64,000 bases of DNA from Mobula hypostoma (Eukaryota): the NCBI RefSeq assembly GCF_963921235.1, contig NC_086100.1:200386001-200450000 (forward strand), in the 5' to 3' direction. This document shows, in pieces, positions 1 through 13,091 of this stretch; position 1 is the stretch's first letter, and every line of letters begins with the position of its first letter. The position numbers and the translations under genes are program-made. The notes under the pieces were generated by a model. The model ran no database searches. It saw only the letters and a list, made by a program, of their open reading frames with translations, and was not told where the DNA came from.

Positions 1-1366
1 ACATTGATGGATTTTTCACTAAGGCACCTCCTTTAATAGTGTTACTGAAAAAGAATGTAGTGTGGGGATGGAAATCAGAGCACACCCAGGCCATCACAGC
101 TCTGAATCAAGCATTGGCCACTGCGCCTGCTTTAAAAACTCCAAATCCGAATGAGCAATTCTCATTGGAGGTGGTCACAACTGAAACCACTCTCTCAGCA
201 GTCCTGTCACAGGAGACGCATGGGAAGTTAAGACCAGTAGCGTATGCATCACGCATGGTCTCACCAGTAGAATGGGTAAAACTCTTCTTAGTGTTTTTCT
301 GGGCGGCATGACATTTCGCCTACATAGTGGAACTTAATCCATTTACAATACTGACAGAACACACTTGATAGCAAATGATCCCAAGGGCCCAATTGTACTG
401 AAACAAAAAGGAGGGCGTGGAAGCAGATCAGATAAGGTAATGACTGAGAACAAAGACACAAAGAAAAAAGAAAAAGCCTACTTTAAAATTTTTGTAGATG
501 GGTCTTCATCAGTACAGGAGGGTGAGAGGAGAGCTGGGTGTGGCATGTATGTCGAGGATGGACATGGCCAGGAAAGGCATAGTGTAGCTTTAAAGTTACC
601 ATCAGTGCACAGGCAGCAGAATTGGCAGCTGTGGTATTTGTGGTCAGCCACACAGAACGTTTTCTGCCTGGGTCAGTCATACACTGATAGTATGTACGTT
701 TGTAACAGCCTTACTGAACATTTCCCTCTGTGGGAAGCCGGGGGGTTTGTTTCAGCTGACGGAAAGCCCCTCCCATCTGCTGCTTTATTGCAATATATAT
801 TTGAAGAGGCAAAAGGAAAAGAATATGGAGTCGTAAATGTGAAAGTCCACTCTAAATTATCTCCTGAGGGAAATAGAAAGGCCGGCGAATTGGCAAAGCG
901 AGGTGCTTTATCCGGGCAGGAATGGCAGCCACAGATTGGGGAGATTGGGAGGCAGAAAGAACAAGAGATTAAGGTTATGGATTTAACAGAGGAGCAGAAG
1001 AAAGATAAAGAATTTTAAAAATTGATAGAAGGCGCAGGGTCTGAAATATACAAAGAGCACGAGGGAGTGTTTGTCAAAGTTGGAGTTGTCCTTCATGAAG
1101 AAAAGTTTGTGATTCCAAAGGGAGGAAGAAAGCAGATGATCCATTGGTTCCATGATTTACGGGGACACCAGGGGTGTGGAAGCTCCCTGGAAAAGATCAA
1201 GGAAGTCGGCTGGTGGCCCAAGAGGAAGGATGATGTGGATCATTATGTCAAAAATTGCTTGATTCGTGCACAATATAATCCTGATAGAAATGTAAAGAAA
1301 GGAGCCCTTCGACACACCAGACCAATGGAAGAGCCTTGGTCTAATTTGCCGATAGATTATGTTGGT
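1..1366 (+). pseudogene. pol: pol fragment (tether, RNase H, integrase N-terminus), copy A
   Basis: ORFs 39-311, 365-1018 and 1022-1438 match copy B. Confidence 0.85.
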
Positions 1367-1505
1367 TTCGAGGTCGCTTCCGGGTCATCAAGGGAATGGC
1401 GGCGTAAGGAAAAGGTCTCTCGACAAAAAAGAAGTTAAACTGCCCCAAAATCGAATTTAGACAAATACTTAATATTTTATAACTATATTAATAAAAGGGG
1501 CAAGG

Positions 1506-2492
1506 ATGATGTCTAAGAACAAGATTAAAAAGTCCGCTCAGAAGGCTGATAAACACAAAGAGATGCAGCAAGGCGACGGGCCTAGCTCCCACACAGCAAG
1601 CCAGGACGGAGATAATGAGGGGGAATCGGTGACTCTGTCTTTGATTCTCGGAGAGATTCGCGAGTTCCGACAAGATAACAGCAAACAGCTGGAAGATATT
1701 AAAGGAGAAATAGTAAAAACTAACTCGTGGATAGATGAAGCTGAAGCGAGGATTGTTGGAATTGAAGAGAAGCTACAAAACGCCGAGCAAGTGATAGCAG
1801 AAATGCTGAAGCTACAAGACCAGCTCCAGTGGAAACTAATAGATTAAGAAGGCCGCTCGAGAAGGGAAAATGTGAGGATCTACGGAGTTCCCGAAGGAAC
1901 CGAAGGTAAACCCGGATTGATGATTCCCTTCGTGGAGAAGCTGCCTAGAGAGAACCTTGATATACCGGCCGCAAAAGACCTACAGGTAGAAAGGGCTCAC
2001 CGCGCGTTGGCACCACAGCCTCCGGCAGGCGCCCAGCCCAGATCGATTCTGGTCAGATTTCTCAGTTACAGAACGAACGAAGAGGTGCTTAAAAGAGCAT
2101 GGCAAAAGAAAGGTTTCATGTGGAACAACTGCAAAATCAGTTTAGACCACGACTACGCACCGGGGATTCTTGCCAGACGGAAGGAATATACGGAAACACG
2201 GAGAGTCCTGAAGGAAAACAACATCAGATTCCAGACCCTGTATCCAGCTCGGCTGAGAGTCTTTTACGACGAAGGGACAAAAACTTACGCTACGGTGGAG
2301 GAGGCAACGTTGGACCTGGCGGACCGGGGACTACCTATTAAAGTTGTCACCCAACCGGAGTTGCTACTGGAGAGGATTCGGCAGAAGTCGTGGCAGTTAG
2401 TGGGGCGAGGACGCTCCACTCGAACCAGAGTGTCAAACTACAAGGAAAAGCTGCAAATATTCAGACGCGAATGTACAGAGAATACAGATTAA
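1506..2492 (+). pseudogene. L1 ORF1p (coiled coil, RRM, CTD) with one premature TAA at 1845-1847
   Basis: LID*EGRSRRENVRIYGVPEG, ERAHR, PRSILVRF and LYPARLRV all lie in one frame. Confidence 0.9.
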
Positions 2493-2854
2493 TTAAGAGA
2501 AATGACTGAAAAGAGTAAATCGGACTTAAAAGTAAAATGAAAACTGGTAACTGAAAATAATCTAGGCGGAATAACTTGAATGATAGCAATATGGTCGAGA
2601 CATAAATAGGAGAAAATTCTCTATGATTATTCAAACTGCTGAGGGCCCTCTAACACAGGGTGAAGATAGAGGTTATCCCTCTGAACTGAGGCGGGTCAGT
2701 GCTCAGGCCTCACTGTGGGAAGTCGGGGAAAATTTTCAAATGTTATACGTTCAGAAATGTCTAGGGTGTGGTTATATGTCTTGGTTTACTGTTGAGAAGG
2801 GATTGCTTACTGTTTGGTTAGAAAAGGAGAGTGCTTTTTTTCTACTAGAGAAAA

Positions 2855-5800
2855 ATGCAAACTGAATTGGTAAAAATAATTTCCTATAATGTTAATGGGG
2901 TTTTGAATCCAATTAAAAGAAATAAGATTATGTCTAAATTGAAAAAAGAGAGGGCACAAATAGCTTTCCTCCAGGAAACACATATGAGCCAATCTGAACA
3001 TGGAAAATTAACAAGAATGGGCTTTAAGCATGTATTTTATTCATCATATAAATTGAGTCACAAAAGAGGGGTAGCTACTTTAATATCAAGTACTCTTAAT
3101 TATGAACATATTTCAGAGACTAGAGACAAAGAAGGACGGTTTGTAAAAATCACAGGAAGAATAGAAGGTACAGAAATAACATTGCTGAATGTTTATGCTC
3201 CTCCAGGTAGTGAATGGTCATTTTATAGACACATTTTTGACCTAATGGTCAGTTCTCGAGGGGTAGTAATTTGTGGAGGGGATTTTAATATTAGATTAAA
3301 TCCTATATTAGATTCTTCAAGAATTGTTACTCAGAATAAACCTCTGACTCGGAAAGTGAATTCATTGATGGAGGAGTTGGGAATTATAGATGTCTGGAGG
3401 GAATTACACCCTACTAGTAAAGATTATACATACTACTCTTTCCCTCATTCAGCCTATTCAAGGATAGACTATTTCTTTATCTTTAATACAGATAGACTCA
3501 GGATAAAAAACTGTAATATTGCAACAATTGATCTGTCGGATCATAGCCCAGTCTCTATGTCTCTAATCCTGGAAAGGAAAATGAGGAAAACACTATGGAG
3601 GCTAAACTCACATATACTCAATAACCCGAAAGTAATGGAGAGATTAAGGGGAGAAATCAAAGAATATCTAGACCTTAATGACACGGGAGAAACATCACCA
3701 GTGATTTTATGGGATACATTGAAAGCTGTACTGAGAGGGAAAATTATTTCCATTACTACTCACATGAAAAAAATCAATGCACAAAAATTAGCAGACCTTC
3801 AAGGAAAATTAAAACAACTTCAAGTTGTAGATAGCAACAAAAGTAATTCAAATCGAAAACAGGAAATTAGGAAATTGCAAAGTGAAATTGATGATATTTA
3901 TACGTTGGAAACTCAAAGAAATTTTCTTTACCTGAGACAAAAGAATTATGAAGTAAGTAAATCAGCTAGATTATTAGCATATAAATTACGAAAACAACAA
4001 GCAGACAATACAATTCATAAAATAAAGAATCCAAAGACAAAGCTTGTGGAGAGTACAATAGGGAAAATTCAAGAGAGTTTTGAAACATATTATCGAGAGC
4101 TGTACTCCCAACCCTGGGCCCCCAATGTGCCCTATATAGACAGTGTATTGAATTTTTTAGATCTACCTAAACTTACAGATTTACAAAATGAAAGTTTATT
4201 AGAACCAGTAACTGTCAAAGAACTGAATGTGGCCATCTCTAGGTTAAAGGCTGGAAAGTCCCCGGGTTCTGATGGGTTTACCTCAGAGTGGTACAAGTCC
4301 CTGAAGACACAGTTAGCCCCATTACTACTTAACACCTTTAATTGGATCTTGCAGAGAGGAGAAACTCCACCTTCCTGGAGAGAAGCGATTATTTCGGTTA
4401 TTCCTAAAGAGGGTAAAGATAAACTAGAATGTGGCAATTATTGGCCAATTAGTGTTCTTAATTTAGATTACAAACTATTTACATCTATATTAGCGCGCAG
4501 ATTGGAAAAGCTTTTACCTGGCCTAATCCATTTAGACCAGACTGGATTTATTCAACAAAGACAAACACAGGACAACATAAGGAGAACTCTGCACATATTA
4601 GAACAGGTTAATAAGAACGAGACAGAGACAATGGTAGTAGGATTGGACGCTGAGAAAGCTTTTGATTCGGTTAGTTGGGCATTCCTATACAGAGTGTTAG
4701 GAAGATTCGGCTTTCAAGAAAGGTTTATTAAAGTAATTCAGACTCTATATGACAGCCCTACAGCCCGAATTAAGATAAATGGGGACCTCTCTGACTCCTT
4801 CATTTTAGAGAGAGGCACTAGACAGGGATGCCCAATTTCTCCTCTCCTTTTTGCGCTATATATTGAACCACTTGCCCAACTAATAAGACAGAGCGAAATC
4901 GTAAAAGGTATCAAGGTGGCAGGGATTGAACAGAAAGTGGCGTTATTCGCAGATGATGTTTTGGTCTATCTGAGTGAACCAGAAAAATCATTTATAGGAT
5001 TGTTTACACTGTTGGATGACTTTGGGAAAATATCAGGTTATAAAATAAATGTAAAGAAAACGCAGGTTATGTCCTTAAATTATACACCATCCAAAAAATT
5101 GCAGGATACATACGATCTTAAGTGGGAAGCTAAATCATTAAAATATTTAGGAATAACCCTGCCGAAGGATCTTTCAACACTGTCACAGGTAAATTATGGG
5201 CCATTAATCTCAGAGATAAAAGCAGATATGCATAGATGGAATCTTATCCCCTTTTTAAGTTTAAATTCAAGGATAAATACTATAAAGATGAATATTCTTC
5301 CTCGGTTATTATATCTTTTCCGTACTTTACCAGTGGAGGTGGATGATAATCAATTCAGGGAATGGGACAAATGGATTTCCCGCTTCATTTGGCAAGGAAG
5401 GAAACCTAGAATTCGATATAACACCTTACAGTTAGGGAAGGAAAGAGGAGGTATGGTTCTTCCTTGCCTGAGAAATTATTTTTATGCCTCACAGATAACC
5501 CCTCTGTTATATTGGTGTAATAGGGACTATAAGGCTAGATGGAAGGAAATAGAATTTGGATTAGTTGACAGTTTTCCTCTTCAGGCCTCAATAGCTGACA
5601 AAGGATTGATGGCCAGTTGGAAAAATTTAATAATGCTTGGATAAATCTTACATTAAAAGTATGGCAGAAGGTGGTTAATTCATGTGGAATTAATAACATG
5701 TTAAAACTCTTTAGATGATGTGCATATGATACCGAATTCCTTCCCAACAGAGGAGATAAAAGATTTGAGCTATGGATAAAGAAAGGTCTTACAACCTACC

Positions 5801-6639
5801 TCTCATTTATAGATAAAAGAGTATTACAAAGTTTCCAAATCCTGCAGGACAAACATGGCCTAGAACATAATGACTTTTTTAGGTACCTTCAAATACAAAA
5901 CTATGTTAACCAGAGTTGTAGATATACAGACCTATCAACAGTAGAATTAGAATTTTTCAAGATTCTGAATTCGGCTTGCAGTTCAATACCTAGTAAATCA
6001 GTTTCTCGCCTATATAATGCACTCTCCCATGCTAAAAATGTAAATACACTGTATATTAAAGAGAAGTGGGAGAAAGAAGCGGGGTTGGTACTTTCAGAGG
6101 AGGCTTGGGGGAAAATCTGCTGCTTTCAATGGTCCTCGACTAATTCTTTGACTTGGAGAGAACATTGTTGGAAAAACATTATAAGATACTTCAAGACCCC
6201 ATATCAGGAAAAATATAAAGATACAAATGTGATGTGTTGGAGAAGGTGCGGCTCCAAGGAGGCAAATTATTTTCATATTTTCTGGGATTGCCCTAAATTA
6301 AGTCTATTTTGGGAAGGTATTCATAGAACATTAGTTAAGGTACTTAGGTCCCAGATACCTCTGAACTTTGAGACGCTCTATTTGGGGCATGTATTGTTCC
6401 TTGAACAGAAGGAAGATATAAAGTTGCTGCAGGCCCTCTTAGCGGCAAGTAAGAAATCAATCACTAGAAAATGGCTAAATCCAATACCACCTACATTAGA
6501 AGATTGGTACGAAATTATCTTGGAAATATTTAAAATGGAAAAGTTGACCTACTCCCTGAGAACTCAAAAAGAAACATTTTATCAAATCTGGAATAAATGG
6601 ATTGAATATATAACCCCAATGCGAGCAGACTTTAGATGA
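2855..6639 (+). pseudogene. L1 ORF2p: 929-aa open APE endonuclease and RT (2855-5644), frameshift near 5612, stop near 5716, then C-terminal CCHC domain
   Basis: SYNVNG, FLQETH, GDFN, SRIDY and SDH (APE); LDAEKAFD, RGTRQGCPISP and FADD (RT); CWRRCG...HIFWDC. Confidence 0.93.
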
Positions 6640-7190
6640 CTCTCCTAATGATTTATATTGCTCTTCTCATCAACACAGTAATATTGCTAACGTAAGCACC
6701 CCTCGTCTAAATGTTTGTTTTTTTTTTGGAAAATAGAGAATTAACACAAGTAAAGGGAAAGATTTGGGAAAGGGATAAAAAAAAATGAAAAAATTAAGTA
6801 AATAAGTACATAGGGATTGGATAATTATGTCTGCGGGCAGGAACAAGCACGAACAAATTTGGATATAAACACCTACAATGGTTGGTATATAGGCTTGTAT
6901 GCAACATTTTGGACCAGTGGAAATGGTCCAGAAGGGTTGTATGGAAACTATTATTACCATTTTTCTTAACAACTAATTTCATTACTTAGCCTAATAGGTT
7001 AGATTTACCACAGTACATAATTATCTATTTAAATGTTTATTTTCCTTTTATATCATCTCAATGTGTACTTAAGAATGTATAAATAATTGTAGTTTTATAC
7101 ATATAAAAAAATGGAAAAGGTGATATGTGTGAAAAAAGTACATCATAATTGTGAATTCCTTATCCAAATAAAAATAAAATTAAAAAAAAA

Positions 7191-7990
7191 GATTATGTTG
7201 GTCTCTTACCGTTCACCCCTGGAGGGTAAAAATATATTCTGGTAGTAATAGATAACTTTACGAAGTAGGTGGAAGCTTTCCCGGCTAAGACAAACACCGC
7301 AAAGGCCACTGCAAAAATCTTACTGGAAAGGATATTTACTCACTGAGGATTACCCCAGAGTATCGAATCGGATCAAGGCACACATTTCACGGCCCAGATA
7401 ATGCAAGGCGTCATGGCACTTTTAGGGATCAAGCAGAGATTTCATATACCCTATAGACCACAGTCCAGTGGAATTGTGGAAAGGATGAATTGAACACTGA
7501 AAAATATGATTGCAAAAATGGTGCAACAACATGGCAAGTAGTTTTGCCTCATGCCTTGATGATTATAAGGAATACAGTGACATCTTCAAATGGTTACACC
7601 CCTGATAAACTCATGACCGGAAGGGACATGAGAGGATTGGAGGAGTTGTTAGGATTAGATATCTCAGAACCCGAAATCGATGGGATTGTGTCAGAAAAGT
7701 GGGTATAACAATTGGTAGAGACAGTGAAAGAGGCCAATTATGTTGCAGCCCACCAAAGGGAAAGAAAAGGCAAAAGAGTAAAGCCTACTTTGACTCAAAA
7801 GTCAGTCCCATAGAAATAAGCCCAGGACAAAGAGTGATGATTAGAATACACCAACCCACCTCATTTTTAAATCCAAGATTTGCAGGGCCTGATGAAATTA
7901 TAGGCAAAGCAAATCCTTCAGTGCACTAAAGTGCTGACTTCTCCAGATAAAAGTGGGTGGTACCATAGCAACCAGCTGAAATTGGTGGGG
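7191..7990 (+). pseudogene. pol: Integrase core and C-terminus, copy A
   Basis: SDQGTHF and PQSSGIVER motifs, with in-frame stops. Confidence 0.87.
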
Positions 7991-8457
7991 GAGAGACAGA
8001 ATGTTATCACCATTGGCACATAACAATTGACGTACTTGATAGTCCTGATTTGGGATACTTGAGGATGGAACAACTGTTCCAAGAAGATGGGGACAGATCC
8101 TATCAAGGGAATGATTTTCAGTCCCCTCATCCTGAGAATCAGGGAAGTTTTGTCAAAAAAAATCAAAGGAAAAGGAAGATAAGACAGTGCTTGTCCCTCC
8201 CATGCTGAAATGGAACTGGGTGAGAAAAGACGAACAGCTTGAGTCCAAAGAAATTTGGGAGCCTAGACTGGACGCGTTAGAAAAATAGATAGAAAATATG
8301 GATTTAAAATAATTTAAGATGTAAACTGGAGATAAGAGCAGATATTACCCTTGTGCGTTACAGGTATACTTCAACAAGAAGAGAATAATGTATCTTGTTG
8401 GATGGAGAGGAGGATAATGATCCTAAAATATTTATCTTTGGATCAAGAGGAGGGAGA

Positions 8458-9291
8458 TGTTGGCCAGAAGAAACTACAGTCTGATCAAGGACAGGGGAAG
8501 CAGACAAGCCAGTTGTCTGTTTCCCCCATTTTGTGGACTCTGAACAGTTTCTTGCTCTTGGATAATCTAATCTGAGCAACTGAATGTGGACACAGGAAGC
8601 TTCAGGTAATGATCTGCTAATTCTGAGACCATTCTCAAACAAGTAGCCATTTGTGATGTAAAGAGAATGCACTCTGAATTGCTCTGGGTCAATCTAATCA
8701 GAGTAATAAACCTGAGACCATTCTCTGAGGAGTAGTGACTTGTTATGTAAAATGCCAGACCTGCAATTGGTAATCTCATTGGACTCTGTCTGGGCTGCCT
8801 CATTTAACTGGTGTGGACCAGTCAGAGTGTAAGGACACAAATACACAAGGCTGGGGTGGGCAGAGCCACGAAACAATGTTGGCTGTAGCCCTGTACAATG
8901 ACCAGTAAGCGGGTGACCCAGGTAGGTCAGGTGAGATTGAGCCAATGAGATGGAGATTCAATGGTTCAATTGATCAGGAACAGTACAAGACTCAGGAGCT
9001 CAAATACACAGGGGCGATAACTCTCCAGCAGCCAGAGACCAACCATTGCGGATAAGGAGGACCCCACGGACACGTGGAGACCGGGACCATGAGGAACCTG
9101 GCCAGCGTAGACTACTTTCCTGGGTAATATCCTTTTCTCTTCATTGATTGTTCCTGGAGGGTCAGGAATTCTAGTAGGTTGCACACGGAGACTGTTTGTG
9201 AAGCCATGTGTTTTTAGTTGAAATGATAATGGTTACTTGTCAATAAATACAGATTCTCTCTGCCTTATTACAAGGGGCAATTCTTGTAACA
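8458..9291 (+). repeat. 3' LTR (834 bp) of the retrovirus-like element
   Basis: Polypurine tract aagaggagggaga (8445-8457) directly before TGTT; ends in AACA; AATAAA at 9242; CCAAT at 8942; CR1 sequence resumes right after. Confidence 0.8.
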
Positions 9292-11215
9292 CCATGGTTT
9301 CCACATCCTTCCTGTAGTGAGGCGACCAGAACTGAGCACAGTACTCCAAGTGGGGTCTGACCAGGGTCCTATATAGCTGCAACATTACCTCTCGGGTCCT
9401 AAACTCAATCCCACGATTGACGAAGGCCAATATACTGTATGCCTTCTTAACCACAGAGTCAACCTACATAGCTGCATTGAGTGTCCTATGGACTTGGACC
9501 CCAAGATCCCTCTGATCCTCCACACTGCCAAGAGTCTTACTGTTAATACTATATTCTGCCGTCATATTTGACGTACCAAAATGAACCACTTCACACTTAT
9601 CTGGGTTGAACTTCATCTGCCACCTCTCAGTCCAGTTTTCCATCCTATCAATGTCCTGTTGTAACCTCTGACAGCCCTCCACACCATCCACAACGGCCCA
9701 ACCTTTGTGTCATCAGCAAATTTACTAACCCATCCCTCCACATCCTCATCCAGGTCATTTATAAAATTCACAAAGAGTAGGGGTCCCAGAACAGATCCCT
9801 GAGGCACACTACTGGTCACCGGCCTCCATGCAGAATATGACTCATCTCCAACCACTCTATGCTTTCTGTGGGCAAGCCTTTTCTGGATCCACAAAGCAAT
9901 GTCCCCTTGGATCCCATGCCTCCTTACTTTCTCAATAAGCCTGGCATGGGGGACCTTGTCAAATGCCTTGCTGAAATCCATATCTACTGCTTCTATGGCT
10001 TTACCTTTATCAATGTGTTTAGTCACATCCTCAAAAAATTCAATCAGGCTCGTAAGGCACGACCTGCCCTTGACAAAGCCATGCTGACTATTCCTAATCA
10101 TATTATACCTCTCCAAATGTTCATAAATCCTGCCTCTCAGGATCTTCTCCATCAACTTACCAACCACTGAAGTAAGACTCACTGGTCTATAAATTTCTGG
10201 GCTATCTCTATTCCCTTTCTTGAATAATGGAACAACATCCGTAACTGTCTAATCCTCCGGAACCTCCCCCCGTCCCCATTGATGATGCAAAGATCATCGC
10301 CAGAGACTCATCACTTCCTACAGTAGCCTGGGGTACATCCCATCCGGTCCTGGTGACTTATCCAACTTGATGCTTTTCAAAAGCTCCAACACATCCTCTT
10401 TCTTAATATCTACATGCTCAAGTTTTTCAGTCCACCGTAAGTCATCCCTACAGATGCCAAGATTCCTTTCCATATCAATTACTGAAGCAAAGTATTCATT
10501 AGGTAAACATAGAAACATAGAAAATAGGTGCAGGAGTAGGCCATTCAGCCCTTCGAGCCTGCACCGCCATTCAGTACGATCATGGCTGATCATCCAACTC
10601 AGAACCCTGTACCTGCCTTCTCTCCATACCCCCTGATCCCTTTAGCCACAAGGGCCATATCTAACTCCCTCTTAAATATAGCCAATGAACTGGCCTCAAC
10701 TGTTTCCTGTGGCAGAGAATTCCACAGATTCACCACTCTCTGTGTGAAGAAGTTTTTCCTCATCTTGGTCCTGAAAGGCTTCCCCTTTATCCTCAAACTG
10801 TGACCCCTCGTTCTGGACTTCCCCAACATCGGGAACAATCTTCCTACATCTAGCCTGTCCAATCCCTTTAGGATTTTATACGTTTCAATAAGATCCCCCC
10901 TCAATCTTCTAAATTCAAGTACTTATGCTGTCTCCTCTGGTTCCATACACACTTTTCCACTGTCAAACTTGATCGGTCCTATTCCCTCACGCCTTATCCT
11001 CTTGCCCTTCACATACTTGTAGAATGCCTTGAGGTTTTCCTTAATCCTGTCCACCAAGGCCTTCTCACAGTCCCTTCTGGCTCTCCTAATTTCATACTTA
11101 AACTCCTTCCTGCTAGCCTTATAATCTTCTGGATCTCTATTATTACCTAGTCTTTTGAACCTTTCGTACGCTCTTCTTTTCTTCTTGACTAGATTTACAA
11201 CAGCCTTTGTACACC
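9292..11215 (-). mobile_element. CR1 LINE ORF2 fragment, with a nested second CR1 3' end at ~10507-10916
   Basis: [26 protein letters not shown] and RPHLEYC; the nested piece has a (catagaaa)n tail and RGHSLRI. Confidence 0.9.
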
Positions 11216-11405
11216 ATGGTGCGTGGAATACACTGCCTGAGTCAGTGGTGGAGGCAGATACACTAGTGAAGTTTAAGAGACTACTAGACAGGTATATGGA
11301 GGAATTTAAGGTGGGGGCTTATATGGGAGGCAGAGTTTGATGATTGGCACAACAATGTGGGCCAAAGGGCCTGTACTCTGCTGTACTATTCTATGTTCTA
11401 TGTTT
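11216..11405 (+). mobile_element. CR1 3' end (repeated at 35017-35206 and 59156-59345)
   Basis: AWNTLPESVVEADTLVKFKRLLDRYM followed by a (ttctatg)n tail. Confidence 0.85.
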
Positions 11406-12050
11406 ATCCTCTTTTGTTCAAGAGTGATGTTTGAGTGGCAATATCTGTTCTTGAACCTGGTGGTGTGAGTCATGAGGCTCCTGTACCTTCTACCTAATGG
11501 CAGCAGTGAGAAAAGAACGCGGCCTGGGTGGTGAGGATCTCTGATGATGGATGCTGTTTCTCTACAGCATTATTTCATGTAGATGTAAGTGCTTCTGGGT
11601 GATAGTCATTTAGACAGGTTACCATGCTCTTCTTGGGCGCTGGTACAGTTGAAGCCCGTTTGAAGCAGGCGGGTACGACGCACTGCCAGAGCAGGAGATC
11701 GAAGATATCCAGGAATTCGCCAGGCAGTTGGTCAGCACGGGTCTTCAGTACTTGGCCTGGTACTCCATCCAGACCGGATGCTTTCCTTGGGTTCACTCTC
11801 TTGAAGGCAGCCCACATGTCATCTTCAGATACTGAGGCCAAAGGATCATGGGGAGACATGGGGGTGTGCGATGGTTCCTCCCTGTTCTGGTGGTCAAAGA
11901 ATGCATAGAAGGCATTGAGCTCATTTGGAAGTGAAGTTCTGCTGTTCCCTATGTTGCAAAATTTAATTTTGTACGAGGTTATGGCTTTCAAAACCTGCCA
12001 CAGCTGTCGAGCATCCCTCGTTGATTCCAGTCTAGTCTGGAATCTCCAGC
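11406..12050 (-). mobile_element. Rex1/Babar-like LINE fragment (repeated at 35207-35851 and 59346-59990)
   Basis: LPNELNAFYA...VNPRKASGLDGVPG...LNDY, the pre-RT region of this clade. Confidence 0.75.
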
Positions 12051-12199
12051 TGCCAGAGAAAGTGGTGGATGTGGAGTCAATTTTGGATGGGAGTGGTAAG
12101 GAGATCTATGGTGCATATGTGGGTTGATAGGATGAGGCTCAACACAGACTCAAAGGGCTGAAGGGCCTGTTTCTGTGCTCTAACGTACAATGACTCTCA

Positions 12200-13048
12200 G
12201 AGAAACGTACCGAAAAAATGTGGCAAATGTTCAGGGGAACTTTTTGTGGGGTTATGAGTAGGTACATTCCAATGAGACATGGGAAAGGTGGTAGGGTACA
12301 GGAACTGGTACCTGATGAGGAACTGACCTGGACGAGGAAGTGGAGGGATGGGTTAGTAAATTTGCTGATGACACAAAGCTTGGGGGTGTTGTGGATAGTG
12401 TGGAGGCTGTCAGAGCTTACAACGGGGCATTGATAGGATGCAAAACTGGGCTGAAAAGTGGTAGGTGGAGTTCAACCCAGATACAGTTAAGTGTGAGTTG
12501 GTTCATTTTGGTCTGTCAAAAATGATAGCAGAATATAGTATTAATGGTAAGACTCCTGGCAGTGTAGGGGATCAGAGGGATCTTGGGGTCCGAGTCCACA
12601 GGACACTCAAAGCTGCTGTGCAGGTTGACTCTGTGGTTAAGAAGGCATACGGCGTATTGGCCTTCATCAGTCGTGGGATTGAGTTTAAGAGCTGAGAGGT
12701 AATGTTGCAGCTATATAGGACCCTGGTCAGACCCCACTTTGAGTACTGTGCTCAGTTCTGGTCACCTCACGACAGGAAGGATGTGGAAGCCGTAAAAAGG
12801 GTGCGAGGAGATTTCCAAGAATTCTGCCTGGATTGGGGAGCATGCCTTATGAGAATAGGTTGAGTGAACTCGGCCTTTTCTCCTTGGATCAACGGAGGAT
12901 AAGAGGTGACCTGATAGAGGTGTATAAGATGATGAGAGGTATTGATCGTGTGGATAGTCAGAGGCTTTTCCCCAGAGCTGAAATGGCTAACATGAGAGGA
13001 CATTTTTAAGGTCCTTGGAAGTAGGTACAGAGGAGATGTCAGGGGTAA
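12200..13048 (+). mobile_element. CR1 ORF2 3' part, cut at the array breakpoint (also 36001-36849; uncut at 60140-61055)
   Basis: [16 protein letters not shown] and RPHFEYC motifs. Confidence 0.88.
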
Positions 13049-13091
13049 AGTTATGCCCCTCGTATTAGCCACTTCACCCTGAGGAAAAGTC

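Larger units (their letters stand above)
1367..7190 (+). mobile_element. Full-length L1/Tx1-clade LINE (5.8 kb)
   Basis: TSD (a)gattatgttggt at 1354-1366 and 7190-7202; 5' cttccgg...aatggcggc; ORF1 and ORF2; AATAAA and poly(A) at the 3' end. Confidence 0.95.
1..9291 (+). mobile_element. Retrovirus-like LTR element, copy A (partial: RNase H domains, integrase interrupted by L1, 3' LTR)
   Basis: Tether LRPVAYASR, RNase H FVDGSS...YTDSMY, integrase halves, PPT and LTR. Confidence 0.88.

Noticed and set aside
2855..5644. 929-aa ORF as an intact autonomous L1 or a host gene
   Set aside because: It ends at a frameshift before the CCHC domain, and ORF1 has a premature stop in all three copies.
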